Source: Clostridia bacterium (lineage in GTDB: Bacteria > Bacillota > Clostridia > Christensenellales > UBA1242). Taken from it: a DNA stretch of 64,000 nucleotides. Under the pieces are notes generated by a model that worked only from the letters and a program-made list of their open reading frames with translations, ran no database searches and was not told the DNA's origin. The stretch lies in the NCBI GenBank assembly GCA_017478185.1, contig JAFVEA010000001.1, forward strand, positions 19,090 through 83,089, written 5' to 3'. Below are positions 39,075 to 46,921 of the stretch, in pieces; positions within the stretch are counted from its first letter, which is position 1, and each line of letters begins with the position of its first letter. Made by a program: the position numbers and the translations under genes.

Positions 39075-41258
39075 ATGTTTGCAGAAGTTATTGTTGATAT
39101 CAAAAACTCAGAAGTTGACAAGGTTTTTGATTATTTAGTGCCACAAACAGCAGTTGTGGGGCAAAGGGTTTTAGTCCCTTTTGGACCAAGAAAGATTGAA
39201 GGCTATATTGTAAAGCTAAAAGAAAAAAGTGATGTTGCTGTGGATAAAATAAAAAGCATTATTTCACTTTTAGATGATGAGCCTTTAATTTTGCCAGAAA
39301 TGCTTTTGTTAAGTGATTTTATGATAAAAAAAAATCACTTAAAAAGGGTGGACACTTTAAGGCTGTTTTTGCCTAGCGGAATAAGGCAAGAAAAAATAAA
39401 GCCACTGTTAAAAGAATATGTTTTTGTTAAAGATTTTAACAAAGATGAAGTTTTAACAAAAATTCGAAAAAATTCTTTTAATCAATTAAAACTTTTAGAG
39501 TTTGTTGAGCCTCAAAAAGAATATGAAAAAAGTGAACTAAACAAAATGTTTGGGGCTTCTGCAGTTGAAAAATTTGTTCAAATGGGCATTTTTTTAAAAG
39601 ATGTTGAACGAAAGCTTAGAACGCCGGATGTTAAACAAAAAGATGACAAAGTTGTTGTTTTAAATGAAGCTCAAAAACAAATTTTAGAGAAGATAAAAGA
39701 GCCTAAAGTGCATTTAATTTTTGGAGTTACAGGAAGTGGAAAAACAGAAATTTATATGCACAGCATAAAAAGGTGCCTAAATGAAGGAAAAACAGCCATA
39801 ATGCTTGTTCCTGAAATTGGATTAACCCCACAAGTTTCAGCTCTTTTTAAGGCAAGATTTGGGGGTATTGTTGCAATTCTTCACAGTGGGCTTAGCATGG
39901 GCGAGCGATATGATGAGTGGCAACGAATAAGAAGTGGTGATGCCAAAATTGTGGTTGGAGCAAGGTCAGCAATTTTTGCTCCTCTAAAAAACATTGGCAT
40001 AATTATCATAGATGAAGAACACGATGGCTCCTACAAAAGTGACAGCAATCCAAGATTTTACACTCATGACATTGCTGAATTTAGAGCAAAATATAACAAT
40101 TGCCCACTTGTTTTGGGGAGTGCAACTCCAAGCATAGACTCTTATTATAAAGCAAAAACGGGGGAGTATGAGCTTCACGAACTTTTGGTGAGAGCAAATC
40201 AAAAAGAAATGCCAAAAGTTCAAATAGTTGATATGAAACAAGAGCTTTTGGCAGGAAACAGCAGTATGTTTTCACGACAATTGCAAAGTGATTTGGCTCA
40301 ATGTATAAACAGCAAAAATCAGTCTATGCTTTTTTGCAACAGAAGGGGATTTGCTAGTTATATGGTGTGTAAGCAGTGTGGCTGGACGGCAAAATGTGAA
40401 GATTGTGATGCCACACTTGTTTATCACAAAGAAGACAATTTGTTAAAGTGTCACTTTTGCAACAGAAGATACAAAGCCATAACAAACTGCCCAAATTGTG
40501 GCTCAAATTACATAAAAATGGGAACAATAGGAACGCAAAAAGTGGCTGAAGAGCTTAAAAAGATGTTTCCTAATGTAAAAGTTTTGCGAATGGATTTTGA
40601 CACCACATCAAAAAAATCAGCCCACGCTGAAATTTTGGAAGAATTTTCAAAAACAAAGCCGTGCATTTTGGTTGGGACTCAAATGATAGCAAAGGGGCAC
40701 GACTTTCCAAATGTCACTTTGGTGGGAATAATAGAAGCAGATATGAGTATGCACTATTCAGATTTCAGAAGTTCAGAACGAACTTTTCAGCTTTTAACGC
40801 AAGTTGCAGGAAGGGCAGGCAGAGCAGACAAAACAGGAAAAATTGTTTTGCAAACATATATGCCACATAATTATGTTTATCGCTATATGGCAAACTATGA
40901 TTATAAATCGTTTTTTGAAAAAGAAATAAATGTTCGAGAGGTTTCAAAATTCCCTCCCTTTGCCTATATTGTTAGGGTTTTAATAAGTGGTGAAAATTTG
41001 GCAAACGTTCAGCTTGTTACTGCAAATATTCACACTGATTTAAAAAATATTTATGAAAAAAATCAAGAAATTCTGTTTTGCCAAGCAATGAAATCGCCGG
41101 TAAGCAAAATTCAAAACAAACACAGATATCAAATTATTTTAAGATTGTCTCAAAAAGGTTTTACAAATTTGATTGATTTGGTATATAATAGTTGTGAAGT
41201 TAACTCAAAGCAAGGCGTTAGTGTGTTTGTTGAAATAAATCCAAACAATATGAGTTAA
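39075..41258 (+). CDS. priA: Primosomal protein N' (PriA helicase)
   Basis: GVTGSGKTE Walker A, DEEHD, and the Cys-rich zinc region CKQCGW..CEDCD..CHFCN..CPNCG. Confidence 0.93.
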   Translation: MFAEVIVDIKNSEVDKVFDYLVPQTAVVGQRVLVPFGPRKIEGYIVKLKEKSDVAVDKIKSIISLLDDEPLILPEMLLLSDFMIKKNHLKRVDTLRLFLPSGIRQEKIKPLLKEYVFVKDFNKDEVLTKIRKNSFNQLKLLEFVEPQKEYEKSELNKMFGASAVEKFVQMGIFLKDVERKLRTPDVKQKDDKVVVLNEAQKQILEKIKEPKVHLIFGVTGSGKTEIYMHSIKRCLNEGKTAIMLVPEIGLTPQVSALFKARFGGIVAILHSGLSMGERYDEWQRIRSGDAKIVVGARSAIFAPLKNIGIIIIDEEHDGSYKSDSNPRFYTHDIAEFRAKYNNCPLVLGSATPSIDSYYKAKTGEYELHELLVRANQKEMPKVQIVDMKQELLAGNSSMFSRQLQSDLAQCINSKNQSMLFCNRRGFASYMVCKQCGWTAKCEDCDATLVYHKEDNLLKCHFCNRRYKAITNCPNCGSNYIKMGTIGTQKVAEELKKMFPNVKVLRMDFDTTSKKSAHAEILEEFSKTKPCILVGTQMIAKGHDFPNVTLVGIIEADMSMHYSDFRSSERTFQLLTQVAGRAGRADKTGKIVLQTYMPHNYVYRYMANYDYKSFFEKEINVREVSKFPPFAYIVRVLISGENLANVQLVTANIHTDLKNIYEKNQEILFCQAMKSPVSKIQNKHRYQIILRLSQKGFTNLIDLVYNSCEVNSKQGVSVFVEINPNNMS

Positions 41259-41283
41259 AATTGTATTAAAAATAGGGGTAAAT

Positions 41284-41955
41284 ATGAAAAAAATTCAAAT
41301 TGCGCCAAGCACTGATCCATGTCCAATAAAAGATTTAACAAAGTATGTAAAAGAAGTTGAGGGGTGCGGAGCTGATTTAATACATTGTGACATAATGGAC
41401 GGAAAGTTTGTTCCCAAAAGAACTTTTGACTATATGGTTTTGGCATTTTTAAGGAAGGTTACAAAGCTAAAGCTTGATGTTCATATGATGGTTTCTGAGC
41501 CTTTAAAAGTTGCCAAAGATTTTGCAAAATATGGCGCAGATATGATAACCATACACTATGAAGCTTTTCACGACAAAATCCAGCTTGTTGGGGCCATTCA
41601 GTCCATAAAAAGATTGGGTGTGAAAGTTGGGGTTGCCATAAAGCCAACAACTCCAGTAAAATGCCTAGACAACATTTTGAAGTTTGTTGATTTGGTTTTG
41701 GTTATGAGCGTTGAACCAGGCAAAAGCGGGCAAGAATTTATAAAAGATAGTTTGGTTAAGATTGCTTATCTAAGCAAGAAACGAACAGAAGAAAATTTGG
41801 ATTTCTTAATTGAAGTTGATGGAGGCATAAACACCATAAATGCCTCAATAATTGCCGTTAGTGGGGCAGATATATTGGTTTCAGGAAGCGTTATATATAA
41901 TTCTCCAGACAAGAAAAAAACAATTGATGAAATGCATGGCAAATATTTGGTGTAA
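41284..41955 (+). CDS. rpe: Ribulose-phosphate 3-epimerase
   Basis: IAPS...... ..GADLIHCDIMDGKFVP, MSVEPG..GQ.F, and VDGGI. Confidence 0.93.
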   Translation: MKKIQIAPSTDPCPIKDLTKYVKEVEGCGADLIHCDIMDGKFVPKRTFDYMVLAFLRKVTKLKLDVHMMVSEPLKVAKDFAKYGADMITIHYEAFHDKIQLVGAIQSIKRLGVKVGVAIKPTTPVKCLDNILKFVDLVLVMSVEPGKSGQEFIKDSLVKIAYLSKKRTEENLDFLIEVDGGINTINASIIAVSGADILVSGSVIYNSPDKKKTIDEMHGKYLV

Positions 41956-42085
41956 CAAAATAAAAAAAATTTTCATAAACTACCAAAATGGAGTTTGGAG
42001 GAAGTGATGTATATTTTATGTTTTAAATCACCAAAATGGCTTAAAGGGATTTTTAAATTGTTGTTTTCAAAAAAAATAATAAAGT

Positions 42086-42119
42086 AAAAAAGAACGAACA
42101 TAAAAATTCGTTCTTTTTT
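42086..42119. terminator. Bidirectional rho-independent terminator (rpe / rpmB)
   Basis: AGAACGAA / TTCGTTCT stem with A6 and T6 flanks. Confidence 0.75.
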
Positions 42120-42139
42120 AAAACCCAAAAAAACAAGAA

Positions 42140-42343
42140 TTATTGTTCTTCTTGTTTCATTTTCTTTAAGCAGTGTGTGCAAACCTTAACTTTAACTGTT
42201 GCACCATTTTCATTTTCAACATGAACAGTTTGCAAGTTTGGGTGTCTTGGAGTGTTTGTTCTACGCAATACCCACTTACTTTGTCTTTTAACTTGGTTTC
42301 CAGCCATTTTTGTCTTGCCACATACTTCGCATTGTTTGCTCAT
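42140..42343 (-). CDS. rpmB: 50S ribosomal protein L28
   Basis: MSKQCEVCGKTKMAGNQV....... PNLQ.. pattern. ATG 42343 lies 8 nt after AGGAGGG. Confidence 0.9.
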   Translation of the reverse strand: MSKQCEVCGKTKMAGNQVKRQSKWVLRRTNTPRHPNLQTVHVENENGATVKVKVCTHCLKKMKQEEQ

Positions 42344-42527
42344 TTTGTGCACCCTCCTGTGTATTTAACGATGAATTATAAATGCATTGTATCATAAAAA
42401 TAAAAATAATGCAAGGTATTTTTGAATATTTTATTAAAATCACTTGATAAATTTTAAAATATTTAGTAAAATGTTATCGATATGCTAGTGGTAGTGTATT
42501 AAATTTTAAAAATTAAAAGGGAAATAA

Positions 42528-42878
42528 ATGTCTGTTATAACTTCCAATTATTATGGAAAAATCATAATATCAGATGAGGCAATTGCGTCAGTTGCAGCGT
42601 CAGCGGCTTTAGACTGCATTGGTGTTGTTGACCTTGTAAGCAAAAAAATATCGGACAACTTTGCCGATTTATTTAAAAAGCAACAACTTGGAAGAGGTGT
42701 TAAAGTTAACACCAGCGGAAATAGAATATTTATTGACCTTTATGTTATTTTAAAATATGGGATATCAATTAGTGCGGTGGCAGAGTCTTTAAAGAAAACT
42801 GTTAAATACAAGGTTGAAGAATTCTCTGGCATGATAGTTGATGTTGTTAATGTTAATGTTGTAGGGGTAAGGGTTTAG
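42528..42878 (+). CDS. Asp23/Gls24 family envelope stress protein
   Basis: GKIIISDEAIASVAASAALDCIGVV.. The position, divergent from rpmB and upstream of yloV, is typical. Confidence 0.9.
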   Translation: MSVITSNYYGKIIISDEAIASVAASAALDCIGVVDLVSKKISDNFADLFKKQQLGRGVKVNTSGNRIFIDLYVILKYGISISAVAESLKKTVKYKVEEFSGMIVDVVNVNVVGVRV

Positions 42879-42922
42879 CCCTTTTCCTGATTTTATTATG
42901 AAAATTAGTAGGTGTTAAATAT

Positions 42923-44560
42923 ATGCAAAAAAGTTTAAATGGTGCTATGCTTCGAAAAATGGTTATGGGAGCATATAACAATTTAGAAATAAACAGAAAA
43001 TATATAGATTCAATAAATGTTTATCCAGTTCCGGATGGAGACACTGGGAGCAATATGTTCTTAACCTTTAAGTCTTCAGCAAATGAGGTTAACAATTGTC
43101 AATCAAACAATCTTGACGCTTTGTGTGAGGCTTTTAGTAAGGGCGCTTTAAGAGGGGCAAGAGGAAACTCTGGGGTTATTCTTTCTCAAATCATAAGAGG
43201 GCTTTCAAGTGAAATTATGCTTCACAAAGAAATAACAACCAAAACTTTTGCAAAGGCAATGCAAGGCGGGGCAACAATGGCTTATAAGGCTGTTGCAACT
43301 CCAAGAGAAGGAACAATTTTAACAGTTATAAGAGTTATGGCAGAATCAGCTGAATCAATAGCAAAAAAATGCACTGATTTTGATGAGTTCTTTAAACAAG
43401 TTCTAGAGTGTGGAGAAGAAATATTATCTCAAACTCCAGAGATGAACACAGTGTTAAAGTCGGCAGGCGTTGTTGATTCTGGTGGAAGAGGGGTTTTAAC
43501 CGTTTTTTATGGTTTTTATAAAGGTCTTAATGACGATTTTGAATATGAAATAGTTGAAGATGCTCCAAAAAAGATAGAAGAAACTCAAACAGCTCACGTT
43601 AACTATGAAAATTTGGCAGACATTCAGTTTGCTTATTGCACACAATTTATGGTTGTTCACATAAACAAGAAAACAACAGAATCAGACATCGACCGTTTTA
43701 GAGAAAAGCTTATGGCTTTGGGCGATTCTGTTATTTGTGTTGGTGATTTGTCTCTCATAAAAGTTCATGTTCACACAAATGAACCAAACAAAGCTTTGGG
43801 ATACGCTTTAGAAATGGGTGAGATAACTGAAATCACAATTGAAAATATGCTTGAAGAGAATAGGGCACTAAAACAAAAACAAGCTCAGCAAGAGCAATCA
43901 AAAAAAGCTTTTGGAATGGTTTCTGTTGCTGCTGGAGATGGAATAGCTGCTGTGTTTAAAGATTTGGGTGTTGACTATGTTATTGAGGGCGGTCAAACAA
44001 TGAACCCAAGTGCAAATGACATTGCCTTAGCTGTGGACAAAGTTCCTAGTGACCATGTTTTTGTTTTTCCTAACAACAAAAACATAATTCTTGCAGCTGA
44101 ACAAGCAAGAAATTTAACAAAGAAGTTTATTCACGTTGTTCCAACACTTTCAATTCCTGAAGGAGTTTCTGCTATGCTTGCTTTTAATATTGATGGAACA
44201 CTTGATGAAAATTTAGAGGCAATGAATGCAGCAAGAGCCAATGTTGTTAGCGGGAGCGTCACGCACGCAGTTAGAGAAACTCACGTTGATGGATTTGACC
44301 TTAAAAACGGAGATATTATTGGGCTTTCTGGTGGAAAAATTGTTGCAATAGATAGGCTTGTTGGTGAGGCAACAACAAAACTTATTGCAAAAATGGTTGA
44401 TGAAAGCAAGGTCAACATAACATTATTTTATGGACAAGATGTTCAACAAGAAGACGCTGAACAGCTTCAAAAAGATTTAGCTGAAAAGTTTCCTCAATGT
44501 GAGGTCACAGTTTTGGAGGGCGGACAACCAGTTTATTATTACATAATTTCTGTTGAATAG
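42923..44560 (+). CDS. DAK2 domain-containing protein (YloV family)
   Basis: N-terminal Dak2 domain (DGDTGSNM, RGNSGVILSQ) plus a C-terminal DegV-like/YloV domain. Confidence 0.9.
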   Translation: MQKSLNGAMLRKMVMGAYNNLEINRKYIDSINVYPVPDGDTGSNMFLTFKSSANEVNNCQSNNLDALCEAFSKGALRGARGNSGVILSQIIRGLSSEIMLHKEITTKTFAKAMQGGATMAYKAVATPREGTILTVIRVMAESAESIAKKCTDFDEFFKQVLECGEEILSQTPEMNTVLKSAGVVDSGGRGVLTVFYGFYKGLNDDFEYEIVEDAPKKIEETQTAHVNYENLADIQFAYCTQFMVVHINKKTTESDIDRFREKLMALGDSVICVGDLSLIKVHVHTNEPNKALGYALEMGEITEITIENMLEENRALKQKQAQQEQSKKAFGMVSVAAGDGIAAVFKDLGVDYVIEGGQTMNPSANDIALAVDKVPSDHVFVFPNNKNIILAAEQARNLTKKFIHVVPTLSIPEGVSAMLAFNIDGTLDENLEAMNAARANVVSGSVTHAVRETHVDGFDLKNGDIIGLSGGKIVAIDRLVGEATTKLIAKMVDESKVNITLFYGQDVQQEDAEQLQKDLAEKFPQCEVTVLEGGQPVYYYIISVE

Positions 44561-44587
44561 AAAAGAGCCTTGAATAGGCTCTTTTTT
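44561..44587. terminator. Bidirectional rho-independent terminator
   Basis: AAGAGCC-TTGAAT-AGGCTCTT stem followed by a T-run, shared by yloV and the minus-strand sORF. Confidence 0.75.
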
Positions 44588-44606
44588 GGTGTTTTTAAAC
44601 TAAATC

Positions 44607-44720
44607 TCATTTAGAACAACTTTCGGTTTGTTTTGATTTTGTGCGGCTTTCAGTTGAGCCACATCTTGAACCTTTTTTTGTTCCCTTTTTAACATTTTTT
44701 GAATCACAAGATTTTGTCAT
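44607..44720 (-). CDS. Candidate small ORF (37 aa, basic, Ser/Thr/Lys/Cys-rich), absent from the ORF track
   Basis: AAAGGTGGGTGAAAAT precedes the ATG. Translation is MTKSCDSKNVKKGTKKGSRCGSTESRTKSKQTESCSK with a TGA stop 19 nt before the shared terminator. Confidence 0.45.
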   Translation of the reverse strand: MTKSCDSKNVKKGTKKGSRCGSTESRTKSKQTESCSK

Positions 44721-44864
44721 ATTTTCACCCACCTTTTTAGTAAGCTTTTTGCTTACAATTTTAGTATGTGCTATAACTTTTATTATTAATTATGAAAAAA
44801 TAGGAAACGAGCATAATTTAAAAACAATGAATATAAGAAATTAAAGAAAATTTTAAAATTTTTA

Positions 44865-44893
44865 TTGAAAATTCATTTTTGTTGTGTTATAAT
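44865..44893 (+). promoter_or_regulatory. Sigma-A promoter
   Basis: TTGAAA(44865-44870)-17 bp-TATAAT(44888-44893). Confidence 0.6.
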
Positions 44894-44921
44894 AAGGTCA
44901 GTATCAAAAAGGAGAGGAAAA

Positions 44922-45212
44922 ATGGATAATCAAAGAAGAGAAGTTATAGATAAAATTATATTGGCATCAAAGGTTGCTGAAGAAATAAACAACAGAATTG
45001 GTGAAGCTGGCAACAAGCAAAAAGAAAGCTCAGGTTATGTGAAAACTTGGTATGAAGCTTCAACTGGATGTCGTCCTGTTGTAGATATTCCAACATATCA
45101 AGAGTTAGCAGGAATTCACACATGGAACAGTGGGGAAGCTGTGGCACCAAAAGATTTGTCTCCAAGAGCAAAACAAATGGGCGAAGAAAGAGCTAAAAGG
45201 TTTAATTTTTAA
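44922..45212 (+). CDS. Hypothetical protein (96 aa)
   Basis: ATG 44922 follows AAAGGAGAGG. The translation starts MDNQRREVIDKIILASKV.. and I recognise no family. Confidence 0.55.
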   Translation: MDNQRREVIDKIILASKVAEEINNRIGEAGNKQKESSGYVKTWYEASTGCRPVVDIPTYQELAGIHTWNSGEAVAPKDLSPRAKQMGEERAKRFNF

Positions 45213-45216
45213 AGAT

Positions 45217-45248
45217 AAAAAAGTATGTGGTTCCACATACTTTTTTTA
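45217..45248 (+). terminator. Rho-independent terminator
   Basis: GTATGTG-GTTC-CACATAC stem followed by a T7 run. Confidence 0.75.
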
Positions 45249-45357
45249 ATTTAACAACATAAAAAAAGTTCAGAACAAATTATGCACGCATTTAAGGCAC
45301 ACATTTCTGAATTTTTTTATTTTTTACTCAAAACTTTAAAAAATTATTTAACCTTAA

Positions 45358-45573
45358 AATATAGATAATTTACCCAATTATATAAAAACATCTACATATA
45401 AAAATAGTGCTAAAGAAGATGGTAAAGAAAAAAGTTCACACAAGTGGGTAAAAGAATGGCATTACTTTGAAAACAATGTAGAAATAAATAAAAAGAATTA
45501 TAACATTTTTATTGACGTAAAAGACACTGGGAGAAACCAGTTTGTATATTTTGTAAGATTTCACAAGGAATAA
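45358..45573 (+). pseudogene. Start-less C-terminal gene fragment
   Basis: A 71-codon open frame with no ATG/GTG/TTG start and no SD. It reads NIDNLPNYIKTSTYKNSAKEDGKEKSSHKWVKEWHYFENNVEINKKNYNIFIDVKDTGRNQFVYFVRFHKE* and is preceded by three in-frame stops. Confidence 0.45.
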
Positions 45574-45632
45574 AAAACCAACAGCAAGCATTAAGCTCAA
45601 AACGCATCAAGGCGTGTCCTCTGTTGGTTTCT
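45568..45632 (-). ncRNA. Predicted ~65-nt hairpin RNA (promoter plus intrinsic terminator)
   Basis: The minus-strand transcript AGAAACCAACAG...CUGUUGGUUUUUUAUU has a 10-bp closing stem (45575-45584 with 45621-45630), two small internal hairpins, and a U6 tract. Confidence 0.3.
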
Positions 45633-45638
45633 AATAAT

Positions 45639-45667
45639 ATTATACTCAATTTTCACAAAAAAGTCAA
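45639..45667 (-). promoter_or_regulatory. Consensus sigma-A promoter (minus strand)
   Basis: On the minus strand, TTGACT (complement of 45662-45667)-17 bp-TATAAT (complement of 45639-45644). It shares 31 of 33 bases with the plus-strand promoter at 47238-47270. Confidence 0.6.
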
Positions 45668-45726
45668 CTGTTTTATGAAAAATTGTTTAATTTAATATAT
45701 ACTACTCCTTTTGTTGCTCGAGTTCT

Positions 45727-46005
45727 TTATTCTTTTTTATAAACACCATTTTCTCTAACAAAAAATCCATTATCCACCAAATCACGCCTAATTGTGCAGA
45801 AGTCAGTGCAGATTTGTTTAAGAATTTTTGTTACTTCAAACTCAGAATATTCTTTTTCATCTTCAAAAAAGGTTGCAATTTTTTCAAGTATAACCAATTT
45901 TTTATTTTGTTTTGCTGGCATTTGGTCAAGTTTATTATCTTTAAAAAATGTTTTTAAAATTTGGTCTTTTTCTTCTTGTGAAATATCAATTTGTGGTTTG
46001 CTCAT
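45727..46005 (-). CDS. DUF2087 domain-containing protein
   Basis: ..FFKDNKLDQMPAKQNKKLVILEKIATFFEDEKEYSEFEVTKILKQICTDFCTIRRDLVDNGFFVRENGVY matches the DUF2087 pattern. It has its own TTGACT-17-TACAAT promoter and an AGGGGGAA SD. Confidence 0.7.
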   Translation of the reverse strand: MSKPQIDISQEEKDQILKTFFKDNKLDQMPAKQNKKLVILEKIATFFEDEKEYSEFEVTKILKQICTDFCTIRRDLVDNGFFVRENGVYKKE

Positions 46006-46094
46006 TTAATTCCCCCTAAAAATAATTGTAGGCGTTTAAAAACAAAAAGTCAAACAGTTTTATAAATTTATTTAAAAAATAGGGTATAGCATAA

Positions 46095-46122
46095 AAAATA
46101 AAAAACTCCATAAGGAGTTTTT
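46095..46122 (-). terminator. Rho-independent terminator of the tRNA-Val/Gly pair
   Basis: AAAACTCC-ATAA-GGAGTTTT stem, with a T-run on the minus strand. Confidence 0.75.
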
Positions 46123-46125
46123 GTT

Positions 46126-46201
46126 TGGAGCGAAAGACGGGACTCGGACCCGCGACCCTCACCTTGGCAAGGTGATGCTCTACCAACTGAGCCACTTTCG
46201 C
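46126..46201 (-). tRNA. tRNA-Gly (anticodon GCC)
   Basis: The reverse complement GCGAAAGTGGCTCAGTTGGTAGAGCATCACCTTGCCAAGGTGAGGGTCGCGGGTCCGAGTCCCGTCTTTCGCTCCA folds as a cloverleaf. Anticodon loop is TTGCCAA and CCA is encoded. Confidence 0.95.
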
Positions 46202-46230
46202 ATATATAATAACATATGTTATTATAAAAA

Positions 46231-46307
46231 TGGTGGGAGTTATAGGACTCGAACCTATGACCCTCTGCTTGTAAGGCAGATGCTCTAGCCAACTGAGCTA
46301 AACTCCC
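46231..46307 (-). tRNA. tRNA-Val (anticodon TAC)
   Basis: The reverse complement is GGGAGTTTAGCTCAGTTGGCTAGAGCATCTGCCTTACAAGCAGAGGGTCATAGGTTCGAGTCCTATAACTCCCACCA. Anticodon loop is CTTACAA. Confidence 0.95.
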
Positions 46308-46489
46308 ACACTTGTTCAATCGAACATACTCATTGTAACAGAATATAAAACAAAAATCAAGCGTTTTTAATAAGTTTTTTAAAAATTTTTCAAAAAAATA
46401 TTCAAAATTTGCTTGCAAAACATATAATACTATGATAAACTATCATATGTAATCAAAAGATAAAGGTTACAGATAATAAAAATAATTAT

Positions 46490-46564
46490 GGCGCCATAGC
46501 CAAGTGGTAAGGCCAAGGTCTGCAAAACCTTTATTCACCAGTTCAAATCTGGTTGGCGCCTCCA
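46490..46564 (+). tRNA. tRNA-Cys (anticodon GCA)
   Basis: GGCGCCATAGCCAAGTGGTAAGGCCAAGGTCTGCAAAACCTTTATTCACCAGTTCAAATCTGGTTGGCGCCTCCA. Anticodon loop is CTGCAAA. Confidence 0.95.
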
Positions 46565-46567
46565 TAT

Positions 46568-46654
46568 GCCGAGGTGGCGAAATTGGTAGACGCAAGGGAC
46601 TTAAAATCCCTCGGGAGCAATCCCGTACCGGTTCGAGTCCGGTCCCCGGCACCA
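46568..46654 (+). tRNA. tRNA-Leu (anticodon TAA), long variable arm
   Basis: GCCGAGGTGGCGAAATTGGTAGACGCAAGGGACTTAAAATCCCTCGGGAGCAATCCCGTACCGGTTCGAGTCCGGTCCCCGGCACCA. The acceptor stem as read has one A5:C68 mismatch. Confidence 0.9.
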
Positions 46655-46655
46655 A
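46635..46655 (+). repeat. Direct repeat copy 1 (tRNA-Leu T-loop to CCA plus 1 nt)
   Basis: GAGTCCGGTCCCCGGCACCAA is identical to 46858-46878. Confidence 0.95.
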
Positions 46656-46663
46656 CTAAAAGA

Positions 46664-46693
46664 AATCAGAGCTATAACGCTTTGATTTTTTTT
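46664..46693 (+). terminator. Rho-independent terminator after tRNA-Leu (inside the 202-bp insert)
   Basis: AATCAGAGC-TATAAC-GCTTTGATT stem followed by a T8 run. Confidence 0.7.
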
Positions 46694-46857
46694 AAAAAGA
46701 AATAATAAGTGGGACTCGAACGGGCGGAAACAAAAAATGCGATTGAATAAAGAGCATTTTTCCGCCCCGTCCTGAAAGCGAAGTGAGCAGGCAAAATGAA
46801 TAAGGGAGAAAAGATAGAACGCAAAAATAAAATAACCCTTAAAAAGAGTAGCGGTGG

Positions 46858-46878
46858 GAGTCCGGTCCCCGGCACCAA
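46858..46878 (+). repeat. Direct repeat copy 2 (orphan tRNA-Leu 3' end)
   Basis: GAGTCCGGTCCCCGGCACCAA has no upstream tRNA body and is followed by its own terminator. Confidence 0.95.
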
Positions 46879-46882
46879 AAAG

Positions 46883-46911
46883 TGAAGCAACAAGTTTGTG
46901 CTTCATTTTTT
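46883..46911 (+). terminator. Rho-independent terminator following the orphan tRNA 3' end
   Basis: TGAAGCA / TGCTTCA stem followed by a T6 run. Confidence 0.7.
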
Positions 46912-46921
46912 GTTATAAGAA

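Noticed and set aside
41973-42182. 69-aa minus-strand ORF between rpe and rpmB
   Set aside because: It starts inside the rpmB coding region in another frame, spans the bidirectional terminator at 42086-42119, and has no SD.
44641-44844. 67-aa plus-strand ORF (MRLSVEPHLEPFF..)
   Set aside because: It has a GTG start without an SD and a hydrophobic low-complexity translation of T-rich DNA. It overlaps a better-supported minus-strand sORF with a strong SD.
45261-45320. Hairpin GTTCAGAA...TTCTGAAT with an internal near-palindrome ATGCACGCAT, considered as a regulatory site or small RNA
   Set aside because: The stem is only 7 bp with a 29-nt loop. It sits just downstream of a good terminator, has no associated promoter, and shows no repetition elsewhere in the window. 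The evidence is insufficient.
46700-46878. tmRNA or a second tRNA ending in the orphan ..GGTCCCCGGCACCA
   Set aside because: No TTCGA T-loop or 5' T-stem lies upstream of the orphan 3' end. No complementary 5' acceptor strand (GCCGGGG) was found upstream, and there is no tag-like ORF. GGGACTCGAAC at 46711-46721 has the T-loop sequence but no pairing T-stem.
46068-46906. Four minus-strand ORFs (116, 62, 101 and 73 aa)
   Set aside because: They overlap tRNA-Gly, tRNA-Val, tRNA-Cys and tRNA-Leu and the duplicated tRNA 3' end. They have no SD, and their open frames are by-products of GC-rich tRNA sequence.
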